A DNA stretch of 64,000 bases from Vicugna vicugna (lineage: Eukaryota). The translations under genes were made by a program, and so were the position numbers. The notes below the pieces were generated by a model. That model made no database searches. It saw only the letters and a list, made by a program, of their open reading frames with translations, and was not told the origin of the DNA. Shown piece after piece: positions 12,954 to 29,983 of the stretch. Within the stretch, counting starts at the first letter, position 1; each line of letters begins with the position of its first letter. Where the stretch lies: positions 2,196,917-2,260,916 of the forward strand of contig MU058418.1 in NCBI GenBank assembly GCA_013265495.1, written 5' to 3'.

Positions 12954-14362
12954 TAGTTTTTAGCACATCTAAAATATGTTAATGTGGCATCCATGAAACA
13001 GCATCTCATTAAATTCATTCACATTTCCCGCATGTTTCTCCATCCTTCTTTGCTCTTTGTCATTACATGAGGTTGTTTCAGATACATAAACTCGACCAGT
13101 TCATTTTTATAGAGATCATCACCAGATAGTTGATTTCATAGTGGGCCAGCCAAAAAATTGTATGCTGACATTTTCTACCAAATTTCATATACTTTTTATG
13201 AAATACATTCAGCTCTGTGAATGGAGAATTTTGTTTTTAAATATTGGAGAATACACACCACCACTTTATTTTCCTCCATAGAGACCAATTCCACCTAGGC
13301 CGGGTTTTAGACAAAAGTTACCATGAGGTGACTGTTGTGTCCTAGACATTTGCATGTAATATCACTAATCCTCATAAAAGCTCTGCTCAAAAGATATAAT
13401 GCTACTTTTAAAGAAATAAAGACTGAGTAGGAAATTGAGGCATAGAGATTAAGATCACAGGGTCACTGTCCAGATGAACCCTTGTGGCAGGTCAGAGGTT
13501 GCTCTGACTTTGGTCCCAGCTTGACCTGCTGGTCCCTCACAGGCCCTGCTTCTGTCAGGACCACTGTGGGATTACTGCAGGACCTCTGTGAGACTAGTCT
13601 GTGGTGCCCTAGGAGATCTGGGACTAACCAGTAACACGACAGGATCGGTAACCTCTATCCCTCGATTTGGGGGTTGGCCTAGAGCTCTAAAGCCAGAGAC
13701 ATTGTTAGAGTGAATGTTATGAAGGAATTGTTTCAAGCTTAAAGTTAGGGCAGTTTAGCTGAATTGAAGTTACTCTGGATACATGAAAAATCAGTAGTGT
13801 CCTTAGGTACCTTCCCCAGTGCAGCTTATATGATAGTGATGGAGATGTGGGTACAGAGGTGGAATGTAAGTTCCAGAAGGTTTGTTTTTGAGGGACACTC
13901 GAGAAGAGGCTGTGCTCTGTTAGCATTTTGCCAAAGGCTCTGGTCTACTTTAAGAAGACTGAAACTGTTACCAACTGAATGCTCTCTGTTATTGCCTTTG
14001 ACTCTTGTTAGTTTACTAGATTGACTATTATGTGAGCTAAGGCCAAACCCAGTGCACCTTCCCTACCCCAAACATTTAGATCACATACATTTGCCGTGGT
14101 TCACACATTTGAATTGTAACCTGTGCTACTAGAGACAGGTGGAGGGAGGGCAAGATAATGTGTGGTGGAATATGCATCTCATCATTTCTTCTAAATATCA
14201 CACTTACTAACAGAAAAGCTAAAAGTATTAAGAAATTTGCACTATGTATCATCTCACATTTGAATATGCATATCCGTGCTGGGATCTGAATTAAGCCTCT
14301 GAAAGCCACTTAATTTTTTTACTATCTGTAGAGCAATTCTATTTGATAAATATGAATAACTG

Positions 14363-14807
14363 TGTGTTAGGTAGCAAATTACCACAAACTCAGTGGCTTA
14401 AAACTATACAACTTTATTATCTTACAGAAGTCAGAAGTCCAAAATAGGTCGCAGAGAACTAAAATTAGAGTGTCGGCAGGGTTGAGTTTCTTAAGACCCT
14501 AGGGATAAGTCCATTTTCTCGCCCTTCCCATCTTCGAAGCCAGCAGCGGCCCGGCCGAGGCATTTTCCCACATTACAGCACGCTGACACTCACACTCCTC
14601 TTTCCCTCATGAGAGACCCTCTGATTATGTTGGGACCACTTGGGCAATCCAGAATAGTCTCCCCATCTCAAGGTCATCTGTTTAGCAACCTTACTTTTGC
14701 AACTTTAGTTCCTCCTTGTCATGTACCATAACATATTCCCAGATTCTGGGTATTAGGACCTAGACATCTTTTTTGGCGGGGAGGGCTGCCTTATTCCCCT
14801 ACTACAC
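14363..14807 (-). mobile_element. MLT1 (ERVL-MaLR) LTR
   Basis: ACCACAAACTCAGTGGCTTAAAAC...ATAGTCTCCCCATCTCAAGGTC...TATTAGGACCTAGACATCTT...ACTACACA. Confidence 0.85.
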
Positions 14808-14889
14808 AGGAGAAACTGCAGGAAAGAGAGTGAGGGTAGAAGGCATGGGGGTAGGTAGAAAAGGAAAATGATACATATTTTTTCAAGTC

Positions 14890-15065
14890 TCTGCTGTGTC
14901 AGGCAGTGTATTTGTCACTTTGCGTGTATTATTTTATTTAATCTGAGCAATATTTCTGAGGTGAGTAGTACAGTCACTTTACAAGTTAGAAAATTGAGGT
15001 TCAGAGATACTAAGTAACTTGCCAAAGGTCACAGAGCTGGTACGTGGCAAAGACAGGACTCCAGT
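14890..15065 (+). mobile_element. MIR SINE (further MIR remnants near 13340-13460, 15430-15600, 17640-17790, 26420-26620, 44460-44610, 45720-46100, 51600-51800, 59770-60120, 61990-62160)
   Basis: Core AAATTGAGGTTCAGAGA..AAGTAACTTGCCAAAGGTCACAGAGCT. Confidence 0.8.
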
Positions 15066-15884
15066 CCATTTCTGTATTATTCATGCTCTGTGTAATGGCA
15101 GTGAAAGGGCAGAGAAAGTTTAGTTTTTATGACTAAAACCAAAGTGTATTTGTTGGAATATATAAACACTACTAACATATGTGTTTTGAGAAGAAAAATA
15201 ATATTGATTGCCTTCTATCCAGAACTGTTACAATCTTTTAAACCATTATCTTATAAGTACACTTACTTCTTATTGCGTACTTACTATGTGTTTTGTAAAA
15301 CTCATTGATATTTAATAATTTTATTTGGATTTGCTGAAGTCATGTTTGATGAAATTAACTTCTTCATATAGAAGGCTTGATGTAATAAAACTCCTGCTAT
15401 GGAAGTATCACAAGGCACCAGGCTTGTTCTGAGCGCTTTGTGTGCATTACCCACTTCTTTCATCTTGACAGCAGCCACACGGTGCAGGTACAGATGAGGA
15501 AACTCGGCACTGAGACAGTAACACTCTTGGTCACACTCGTCACCTGGCTGATGAGGCAGTCCCAGGGTTAGGACTCTGACCTCAGAGAGATGCTCCCAGT
15601 CACTGTCTCTGAGCCTTATTCATATCTTTGTATGTGTGTCCTTAATTTCCTTGTTGTTTCCCCTTCTCTTAGGAAAACTCCCACAAGTCAGAAAATGTGT
15701 TTATTCTTTGACTTTGTACAGAATCAGCACAGTGTTCTGGGTGACAGGATGAATTTTATCCACTGAAAATGGCAATGCTGTTAATCAGGCATCTTACTGT
15801 GAAGTTAAAAACAAAAGATTAAGAACTTAAAAATGAATGTCAACCAATTTCCTTATCTTTCTTATACCACCGTTTATTTTTCAG

Positions 15885-16013
15885 GTGTATTTGGGATCTG
15901 TAGTGAGCCTTACATGAAGTATGTGTGGAACGGTGAACTTCTGGATATAATCAAAAATACTGTGCATCGTGACTGGCTGTTGTATATTATTCATGGGTTC
16001 TGTGGACAGTCAA
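15885..16013 (+). CDS. FIG4: FIG4 exon 7, 129 nt
   Basis: ttttcag|GT...A|gtatcctttt; [43 protein letters not shown]. Confidence 0.96.
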
Positions 16014-18446
<2,433 letters not shown>

Positions 18447-19639
18447 TAAGCTTTGCTGACAGATGAAGCAAAGTGGAATTTTAGAAAGTGGAATTTCTTA
18501 GTTTGGGACATTATCAAGAGAATAATGAATTCTCTATAGAGTATCTGAAACTTGTGAGAAATATGACTAATGTACAGATGTTCTGAAAAATCCGCTATCT
18601 TAGAGTTATGCAATTGCCTTGGGGAGTTATGAAATGTCTGATGGTTTGGAAGATGAGCCATTTCTGCAATATATGAAAAAATATAGTGCATACTTACTGT
18701 AGAGACTGAAATAGCAAAGCACCTCCCCCTGAGGAATAAATGGAGAGGAGCACTGGTTGTCGGAAATGCATTCTTGATAAGACTGAGTAGAGCAAGGCAT
18801 GAGAAACCGCTTACCCTCTTCCCTCTGCGTTAGCTTGGCTCAAGGCAGACTCCTTACTCTGCTCACCCCTGGGAAGTAACAACAACAAAAATTCATCTGT
18901 CCTGTCAGTCATGTGATCTCTGAGTGTTCCACCTCTGTTTGCAATAGATGACTTGAGTCTTAGGCAGATGTGTGATTGAGTAAACAGATTGAGTGAGATA
19001 CCGGGTTTTGATTCTGCCTTAAAATAGCAACATTTGTTCTTAAAATTATATCAACAGTGAAAATAGTTATAACTGGTGCTTTAAAGGAAATCAGAGTTTT
19101 GTAGATTATTTGCCTTTGGATTTGCCAAGGATAATTAAACAAGCATGCTATTGGTGCCTCTAAAATGATTCTTTGTCATATCCTTGTATACTACCTTAAG
19201 TAAACCTGCCTTAAGACTTTTTTTTCCTTCTATCCATTAGATATTTTATTTGAACCTCACTCTTTCTTTTGTCCTTTCATTCCTCCTTGTTCTTCAGAAT
19301 TGAATGTTTATATTCCACAGATCTTCCTAACCTCCTGTCTAACTTCACGTGATTGTTTTTCTTTTCTCTCCTTCTCTGCCATTTATATCACCCAACCTGT
19401 TCTCTAGCTATTACTTATACTACTAGCCATTTAATTTGATTTTTTTCTAGTCTATTCTCTGCTATTTTTAATTGCCTTCCTTTATTGCATTTTAATGATT
19501 TTCTTTTTTTTGATATGCACATTGAATATTGATCAATATTTACCTCTTTTAAAACATTCTAAGAATAGGGACTATATTTTTGTTGTGTACTTGAAATTTT
19601 TTTCCATTAAAAAATTCTGAGAACATAAAATATCTTTAA

Positions 19640-20011
<372 letters not shown>

Positions 20012-20176
20012 TAGTAAATTATTTACACATAGCATATAAATATAATTATTTGTGTTTAGAAATGTAAGAATCATTCAAATTCAGTAAATACATGAACAAT
20101 GACTGATACACTGGAAAGAAATTTGAGATGTGAATTTACCAGAAGATGAGTGGAATTGCATTCCGTTAAACATTAA

Positions 20177-20359
<183 letters not shown>

Positions 20360-21228
20360 TGACATGCTCATCTGTCTGGCTGTGAAATGCTGTCTCACTG
20401 GACAACCTGCTCCTCAGCACACAGGGGTTTAACAAGCCTGCTCTACCTCTCCCCAGAAGAGAGACTTGTAAACTTGTCACTGTGAGGGCTCACTGTGTCT
20501 AAACTGTCTTAGACACTGTCCTTTGGCCTCAGATTCCCTGTGGCCTCTTCCCTGTACCTGGGAGAATCTGAGGTGTATTTCCAAGGGAAGAGAGTGATGA
20601 GTGTGCCAGTCTCCTGATTTCCTTGGGCAGACTGGGGATGGGTGGAATTCTGCCTTAGTTTCCAAGATGGCTTTGAGCAGGAAGCATGGAGATCGAACAG
20701 CCAAAGCCTAGCCTTGGTGCAGTCACTTTCCTGGACCCTCCAGAGGACCTGCTGGGCAGGTGAATACTCAGTAGTAGGATCTAAATGCTAGATTCAGAAA
20801 TTGGAGTGCAGTTGTGACTCAGGAATCAGGTGGACGGAGTGGTGGCCTGGCCTCTTAGTTCTGTGCTTCCTTGTCAGAGTCCACTGTCTGCTCAGCGTGC
20901 CTTTGTATGAGTAGACACTCAGGTCAGAGGCCTGGGATGAGGGCAGGGAGACCAGTTAAGACATGGTGTCTGTGTCTGTTGCAATCAAAGGAATTGAAAG
21001 AATCTCAATCAGGAAACCCCCGAGAGTATGAAAAGCAAGAGTTTTCGTATGTTATGGCTGTAGCCAAACGTCTATTATCATCTGAGATTATTCTGAGACG
21101 TTGGTTAAGAAATATAACTCCATTTAATTAAAAACCAAGGAATCCGGTGTCCATTTAATCCATCGTTTAACAAGCACTTTTGAAGGTTTCCTTTGTGCCA
21201 AGGCAATTATAGAAACCATCCCTGCTGT

Positions 21229-21823
21229 CCCAGAGGGCATAACGTAATGAGGCCAGGATTGGGAAGGGGCATAATAGGTCAAGTAGAAGTAGGCTGAGCC
21301 TTGGGTTAAGCTGAAGAGTTCAATTTTATAAATATTTTTGTTCTTTAATTTAATTTCTAACTGTGTGTTAAAACCTTTCAAGAATGTGCTGTTATGTTAG
21401 GAGGCTTAGGAAGACAGTGCATACTTTCTAGAGTGCTGTTTAGGTTTTTTCTGTCCCTTTGTGAGATCATGTAGGGCATTTGTGCACATGGCATGCTTTC
21501 TAGTTGACATTGTCCCTTGGGTCTTAGGATTTTTAAGACCTAGAGTGAAAACTTGAAAGGAGTGGTTGTTGTGAGACCATGAAGTGGGTGACTGTGATTA
21601 ACCAGTATTATGCTTTCTTGCACCAGAACATTTGGGAGACGTGGAATCAAGGGGTGCAGCTGGAGAGGGCAGCCTCGAGGACAGCCCGTGCTGCCTTCTT
21701 TGTGGCAAGTGAGGGAGAGGAGAGGCTAGATGAAGACACAGAAGAGTTTTAGAATGAAGATGTGTGAGATTTATGTTCTACACTTGAAATGGCTCATTAC
21801 TTTATAATCATTTTCCACCAATG
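21229..21823 (+). repeat. Direct duplication, copy B (intron 10)
   Basis: Aligns to 16680-17261 in the same orientation, offset 4562 bp in the identical tract. Confidence 0.97.
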
Positions 21824-23516
21824 CATGGTATTATCTGCACGCGGAGAGGTATAAAACACAGGAGGGAAAAGGGATGACCAGGGACATCATGTACTTATGA
21901 AAGGAGGAAAGGAGAAAATCTGAAACATGGAGGGAGAAATTATTTTAACAGGAGGACAGCAAATGGTAAGGGCGTAGGGGTGTGTGTGTTTTAAATCAAG
22001 AGTTTGGAGAAACATGTTCTGAAAGTGGCCAAGCTCACGGGAGGAGGAGCGTAGGGAGCAGGCAGAGCCGTGAGGCAGGCAGCTTCATTTCTTCCTTTGT
22101 TGCTCCTTGGTTTATGAAATTATTGCATCCTATCAAGGATTGACTTCATAAAATAAATCATTCAGATATTAGATACATCATTTTCCAAGCCTTTGTTCTC
22201 ATTAATTCAGAAGTTTCATTTCCACATCTCTTTCCCTGTCAACTCAGAATGCTACGAGGTGATAGATGGCTGGATAATCTGTACCCTTAGCCTAGAATTG
22301 AACAGCTGTAAGAGACGTAATTGAAAAATTCAAGTAGGAAATCTCTAATGATTAAAACTGTCATCTAGTAAATGTATAGAAATAAGATATTGTTAGTATA
22401 AAAATAAATTATTGCTAAAGCACGAAATTTTAAGGCTATCACTAGAATATAAACATCGACCTTAATTAGTGAATTTTTCCATGTTTTGCAGAGTCCTTAT
22501 AGTGTGGTTAAAAGCTATGGTTAAATGGAGATTGAGTCTATGATGTTTGAAATAATTCTCTATTAAATATGCAGATTCAAAATGTAGTTTCAGACACGTG
22601 GTTGTAAAGTGTTCCTGCCTAGATTTCTCAAATGTACATTTATTTTTTAATATTTAAAGGCCAGTCAGTGGGTTTAGAAAAGTGCCCTTGCATATTGTTT
22701 CATTGTCATGAAAATTCTGGCAATAACTAGAAGATAGTTTGGAGGTTAAGTTGCTGTTTTGTGAAATAGAAAAAAATGTTTTGTTGTTTTTGTCATTCAT
22801 TATCTCATTCATAGCATGAAAGGAGATGTTTATTCAGTTCACTGGGAAGAAGTCCTTATTAACTTGCGATTAAAGAGTCAGAGACTGTGTGTCTGTATCA
22901 TGATACCGAGCACTGTTTACTCTATTCTGCCTCCTCATGAAGTGACTAAAGTGAAATACTTTTCTTACTTCTTTTCCCTTTTTCCCTGGTCGTGAACTGT
23001 CTCCTGTCCCTCCCCTCAACCATGTGGAAGTTTGAGACCCTGCCTGATAGGCATTTGGCAACAATCCTCACCTGTTCAGTGCTGCCACTGGGGTTCAGTA
23101 GGAAGTCAACCAGGGACCAAGCATAACTGTGCATGAGAGGTCTTTAATCTGGGGGCCATAGATGGCCTTGATGGCAGGGTCTCTGAACCCTTTGAAACTA
23201 TACACAGAATCTCCAAATGAAGTTTCCATTTGGTTGTGAAAGGGGGTCTGTGACCCTAAGGACTAAATGATCCACTAACACTCATGCACTGTGGACAGAC
23301 AGCACCGAAAGCAGATTCCTTACATGGAAATGATCGAAGGCTGACAAATAACCTTTTCTCTCCTCCTTATGAAACATCAGATTTGATGTAAGAATTTCAA
23401 AACCTTTTTGCGTCTCTAGTTGGTTTAAAGTGCTTTTGAGAAAAATTCCAGCTATGTAATTTAATTTTTTGCAGATGTAAAACTAGGCTAAATATTCATC
23501 CATCCCAAACTGATTC

Positions 23517-23871
23517 TTTTTTTTTTAACATTTTTTTATTGAGTTATAGTCATTTTACAATGTTGTGTCAAATTCCAGTGTAGAGCACAATTTTTCAGTT
23601 ATACATGAACATACATATATTCATTGTCACATTTTTTTTCTCTGTGAGCTACCACAAGATCTTATATATATTTCCCTGTGCTATACAGTATAATCTTGTT
23701 TATTCTACATACGCCTGTCAGTATCTACAAATTTTGAACTCCCAGTCTATCCCTTCGCACCTCCCTCCCCGTTGGCAACCACAAGTTTGTATTCTATGTC
23801 TATGAGTCTGTTTTGTATTTATGTTCTTTTTTTTTTTTTTTAAATTCCACATATGAGCGATCTCATACAGT
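23517..23871 (-). mobile_element. Young L1 3' UTR and poly(A) (camelid-type)
   Basis: Poly-T then TTATTGAGTTATAGTCATTTTACAATGTTGTGTCAAATTCCAGTGTAGAGCAC...; runs into the gap. Confidence 0.9.
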
Positions 23872-24356
23872 NNNNNNNNNNNNNNNNNNNNNNNNNNNNN
23901 NNNNNNNNNNNNNNNNNNNNNNNNNNNNNNNNNNNNNNNNNNNNNNNNNNNNNNNNNNNNNNNNNNNNNNNNNNNNNNNNNNNNNNNNNNNNNNNNNNNN
24001 NNNNNNNNNNNNNNNNNNNNNNNNNNNNNNNNNNNNNNNNNNNNNNNNNNNNNNNNNNNNNNNNNNNNNNNNNNNNNNNNNNNNNNNNNNNNNNNNNNNN
24101 NNNNNNNNNNNNNNNNNNNNNNNNNNNNNNNNNNNNNNNNNNNNNNNNNNNNNNNNNNNNNNNNNNNNNNNNNNNNNNNNNNNNNNNNNNNNNNNNNNNN
24201 NNNNNNNNNNNNNNNNNNNNNNNNNNNNNNNNNNNNNNNNNNNNNNNNNNNNNNNNNNNNNNNNNNNNNNNNNNNNNNNNNNNNNNNNNNNNNNNNNNNN
24301 NNNNNNNNNNNNNNNNNNNNNNNNNNNNNNNNNNNNNNNNNNNNNNNNNNNNNNNN
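23872..24356. other. Assembly gap (485 N)
   Basis: Run of N inside the L1. Confidence 1.
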
Positions 24357-25120
24357 CTCAAAAGCTTCCCACTAAAATCTGGGACAAGACAAGGATGCCC
24401 ACTATCACCACTCCTATTCAACATAGTCCTGGAAGTCCTAGCCACAGCAGTCAGGCAAGAGAAAGAAATAAAAGGGATCCAAATTGGAAAAGAAGAGGTA
24501 AAAGTGTCATTATATGCTGATGATATGTTACTATATATAGAAAACCCTAAAATGTCCACACAAAAGCTACTAGAGCTGATTGAAGAATTCAGCAAGGTAG
24601 CAGGTTACAAAATTAACGTTCAAAAATCAGTTGCATTTCTTTACACTAACGATAAATCAACAGAAAAAGAAAGTAAAGAAACAATCCCCTTTAAAATAGC
24701 ACCCAAAGTAATAAAATATCTGGGAATAAATCTAACCAAGGAGGTGAAAGAATTATACACAGAAAACTATAAACCATTGATGAAGGAAATTAAAGAAGAC
24801 TTTTAAAAATGGGAAGATATTCCATGCTCTTGGGTTGGAAGAATCAATATTGTTAAAATGGTCACACTGCCAAAGGCAATCTACAGATTTAATGCAATCC
24901 CTATCAAATTGCCCAGGACATATTTCACAGAACTAGAACAGATCATAATAAAATTTATATGGAACCATCAAAGATCTAGAATTGACAAAGCATTACTGAA
25001 GAGAAAGAAAGTGGCTGGAGGAATAACTCTCCCAGACTTCAGACAATATTATAGAGCTACAGTCATCAAGACAGCATGGTATTGGTACCAAAACAGACAT
25101 ATAGACCAATGGAACAGAAT
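24357..25120 (+). mobile_element. L1 ORF2 reverse-transcriptase segment (inactive)
   Basis: [29 protein letters not shown]...LYADDML...DQWNR; in-frame TAA at 24804-24806. Confidence 0.97.
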
Positions 25121-26148
25121 GGTGAGAGTTTTTATCATAAATGGGTGTTGAATTTTATCAAATGCTTTTTCTCCGTCTGCTGAGATGATCATGTGGTTTT
25201 TGTCCTTTCTCTTGTTGATGTGATGTGTTACATTGATTGATTTGTGTATGTTGAACCACCCTTGTGTCCCTGGGATGAACCCCACTTGATCATGATGTAT
25301 AATCTTTTTTATGTGCTGTTGGATTCTATTTGCTAATATTTTGGTGAGGATTTTTGCTTCTGTGTTCATCAGTGATACTGGTCTGTAATTCTTTTTTTGG
25401 TGGTGTCTTTGCCTGGTTTTGGTATTAGGGTGATGGTGGGTTCATAGAATGAGTTTGGGAGTATTCCCTCCTTTTCAGTCTTCTGGAAGAGTTTGAGAAA
25501 AGGACTGGTATGAGTTCTTCTGTGTATGTTTGGTAGAATTCCCTGGTGAAGCCATCTGGTCCTGGACTTTTATTTGTAGGAAGGTTTTTTACTGCTAATT
25601 CGATTTCATTTCTACTGATTAGTTTGTTCAGGTGGTCAGTTTCTTCTTGATTTGGTCTTGGTGGACTGTATATTTCCAGAAACTTGTCCATCTACTCTAG
25701 GTTATCCATTCTGGTTCCATATAGTTTTTCATAATATTCTCATATGATATTCTGAATTTCTATTTGATTTGTTGTAATTTCTCCATTTTCCTTTCTTATT
25801 TTGCTTATTTGTGCTGTCTCTTTTTTCTTCTTTGTGAGTTTGGCCAGAGGTTTGTCGATTTTATTTACTCTTTCAAAAAACTAGCTTTTGGTTTGATTTT
25901 TTTTTTCTATTTTTTAAAAATCTCTATTTTATTTATTTCCTCCCTGATCTTTATGATTTCCTTCCTTCTGCTGACTTTTGTGTTTTTTTTTTTTTTTTTT
26001 TATTTTTTTTTTTTTTTTTTTTGCTCTTTCCTAATTCTTTTAGCTGGTGGGTTAGATTATTTATTTGAGATTGTTCTCCTTTTTTGAGGAAGACCTGTAT
26101 TGCTATAAACTTCCCTCTTAGTACTTCCTTTGCTGTGTCCCATAAATT
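25121..26148 (-). mobile_element. L1 ORF2 segment (post-endonuclease region to RT N-terminus)
   Basis: Minus-strand NLWDTAKEVLRGKFIA..., KSPGPDGFT..., [25 protein letters not shown]...[15 protein letters not shown]. Confidence 0.97.
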
Positions 26149-27262
26149 GATTTAGCACTGTTCTTAATCAACCCTTAAGACCTGCCAGCCCTTCCTCCTT
26201 TTGATTTATTCAGCTGTGCAAAATAGATACCCTTTTCTGTTTCCACAGTGGTTTACTAGTTAAATTCTTGACAATTGAAATATACTCACCGTGGTTGAAA
26301 ACAGCATGGACCTATTTTGATGCCGGCAGTAGTGCCTCAAAACCATATCCGTGTCACTATTGCTGAATTGTTTTTTATTTGTCTGTGTGCCTGATCAGGA
26401 TAACAATAAAAACAGTTCATTTTTATTAATGCTTACCATGTGTCAGATGCTCTGATTTGAAATTATCAAGTTTTATCTCCTTTAAACCTCACATTAATGC
26501 TGTAAGGAAGATGGCATTGTTACCCATTTTATAGATGAAGAAATAGAGGCCCAGGAAAGTTGAGAACCTTGCCCAAGGCCATGTGGCTAGTAAGAGGCAG
26601 AGCCAGCACTCCGGCCACAGAGCTGGACAACATGCAGCAGCCCCTCCTGAATGGGAGGCAGCGTGATGTCTAGGGAGGCACAGCAGGCAAGGAGGCGGGC
26701 AGGCAGGTGTAGTCCCGTGAACACCTCTCAGCTTCAGTTCACTCACCCACAGTGTAAAAGGGAAAGAGGTGGCTGCCTTGGCTGTCACCAGGGTTTTATG
26801 AGAGTCAAATTTAAAAGAATATGAAGGCAAAAAAAAAAAAAAAGCATATGAAGGCTGTGAAAGCCCTCTCTGCTACTCTGCTATTCCAGTTTGGGGATTA
26901 TCCATCCAGGCCCAGTCGATTTGTCTGGTCCTTAGCTGGCCCTTCTTCCAGTCCTTGCGGAGTTGTCCTCTGCCAAAGTGGGGATGTGGGGTGTAAGACA
27001 GGCCCCTGTAGCGTGAGGGGGGCTTCTTGGGACTGCAAGGTTAGGAGGTTACGAGCAAGAAATCTGATCTCCTTGACTCTTTAAAGCTCATTATCTATTG
27101 ACTTATTCAGTGAAGTATTTATTTCTTTGCATTTATATTAGTTTAATTTTAGTAGGTAGGTTTCATTTTCATATATTTAACAGGCTTTTTGTCTTAGTGG
27201 AAGAGTTACGTTAAAAGTCTGTTCCTCTGATTTAAGGTAGTTAGAGCACTGAAAATGTTTGA

Positions 27263-27409
<147 letters not shown>

Positions 27410-28608
27410 TGAGTAGGTGTTACAAGTCTGATTATATTTTCCTCTTGTGATGTAAAGTAGCAGGAAGCCGATCCCTCTAGTTAAGTGAGTGTTACTCTTT
27501 TAATTTCCTTCCTGAACCTGTTTGAGGGGCTGTTTAACTGCTGGTGTATAATTTGAGGGCTTAAATTAATTGACCAAATTCTTTTTTGCCCACCATTTTT
27601 ACCATTTGCAATTTCTCTTTGATATATCTAGTGATTTCAGAACATCTCTACTCCACTACTTTTCGTTAAAGGCATTAGTTTCACCTTTTTTTTTTTTCCT
27701 ATTTCCTTCTGTCTCCCTGTTTACTCTTTGTCTCAACCACTTTCAGATTATCTCCCTCCTAGGTGAACCTGCCCTAACTCATGACTCTTTATTGTAAATC
27801 CAAAACCCTTAGTGTTATATTAAAGCCCCATCACCTGATTTATCTAAGCATGTAGTAACTTCTTTATTCCAGGGCTGTTTTGTTCCTGAAAAACTCACCT
27901 TCATGTTCTGTGTAGCAGCCAAGGTCCCATCCCAGAACCTTTGTTCCTGTTGTGCACCTCCCTGCTCTACGCCCCCACCCCCACCCCACCCCCCCCACCA
28001 CCACCCACCCCTCTTTTCCCTGTCAAGATCTGATTCAAAACTTACCTCAGCCAAGGAATTTTCTTTCATTAACCTTGCATTGTCCTTTTACTCATTTACC
28101 AGACATCATACAAACACTAGGCTTATTCTGAGTTTTCTTTTTTTAATGTTACTGTATTGTTTTGCACTTAACTCACTGTATGTTTTTCTGAATCATTTTA
28201 TGTGATTAGATACACGCACACGCACATGCACAGGCGCTCACACTTTCCCAGGATATAAGCCTGGTTACGGGTTGGTGCCTTTGGTATTAATTTATTTTCC
28301 AGTGATTTATTTTTCTGCCACTGCATTGTGCATTGTGCTCTCTTCACATCTGATGAATGCATATTGACTTAACTGACTCCACACTTGAGGAGTGAAAGGC
28401 TTTGGGAAAAGCTCTTGCCAGGGGATGTCATGTGCCAAGTTTAAGACCTGCCAACAGTTGTTATTAAGTTACAGGCCCTACATTTCTCCTTGTACCAAAT
28501 CTTGCCAGTTATTGAGTACACATTGCATTCTAGAAACTAATTGTAACAATGTTCCTATTGAGTACAAACCAGAGATTTTAAAAAATAAGTTCCTGAGTGT
28601 TACTGTAG

Positions 28609-28836
<228 letters not shown>

Positions 28837-29441
28837 TAAAAGAAATCAAGAATTTTGTCCTTATAGATAAAAATATTCTAGATATGAACAGTTTGTACTA
28901 CTTGGAAAGTGGATGAATTTATTCCTTTGTGAAGAGAAGACCAGCTGCCCACGTGACTGTCATGAACATTCACGGTGGCATGAGATTTCCTCTGGCCATT
29001 GTGTACCTTGAAATGGAATCCATGGAATCTCTTGCTGCTTGGAACAAACATGACGTAAAATATTTCTGTAAAAGTTTTCTGTAATGAATTCTATTTTTCA
29101 GTATTAAATAGGAGCAAGAAAAATGTTTTCTTAAAAACTAGTCTATAGATGAGTATTTATACTAACATCTTAATGAAAATTTATCACTGTATTATACTTA
29201 TTTGCTCACAAATCTTTCTTCATGACTACTTTGTGAGCTTCTTCAGATCAAGCATCTGGGTTTTATTTATCTTTTAAGTAACCAATATTATCATTTCCAG
29301 CATTTTATTTTCAGTTAACAAAGTTAACTATAATGGTAAAAAAAAAAAAAAGAAACTACACAAAAAGCAAAACACACACACTAGTAGTTGGTTGTGTCTT
29401 TGCAAGTAATCCTTTTGTTACAGTTTGAATTTCAGGGCACT

Positions 29442-29983
29442 TGTGACCAGGGACCCCAAGACCAGTCCCAGGCTCAGTGATGCAGTAGGAGAACTCAAAG
29501 GACTCAGCATAGCCTTGTCTTCCTGGCTATGATTTATTACGATCAAGGGATACAGAGCAAAATTAGCCAAGGGAAAAGATGCAGGGGGCAAAGTCCAGAG
29601 GAAATCCGGCAGACACTTCCAGAGCCCACTCCTGGTGGAGTCACACACAGCATGCTTAATTCCCCCACCGACTTGTGACAGCAGGTGTGAAATGTTGCCA
29701 AGCGGGGGAGACGATTAGAGGCTCGGTGCCAGGGTCTTTTTTATTAGAGGTGGTCCCATAGGCAGCCTCTGCCTGGCACCTACCACCATATCAGACTCCC
29801 ATAAGGAAAGGATGTGCTGCAAAACCATGTTGTTTCTACAGACAGTGTAGGCACAGTGAGCTGCTCTTGTCTGTTCTGGGAATTGTAGGAACCTGAGTTC
29901 CAGATGCCCGCCAGGGGCCAACTTTGTAAGCTGGCCATTCTGGGGACAGCAGTCGGGCCTGCTGTGTTAACTCTTCCCTGCAC
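29442..29983 (-). mobile_element. MER21-like LTR
   Basis: CCCCAAGACCAG...GGACTCAGCATAG...GGATACAGAGCAAAATTAGCCAAGGGAAAAG...GCTGTGTTAACTCTTCCCTGCAC. Confidence 0.8.

Noticed and set aside
23813..24806. Long ORFs of 235-317 aa
   Set aside because: Inflated by the N gap; the real part is an L1 ORF2 fragment ending in a premature stop
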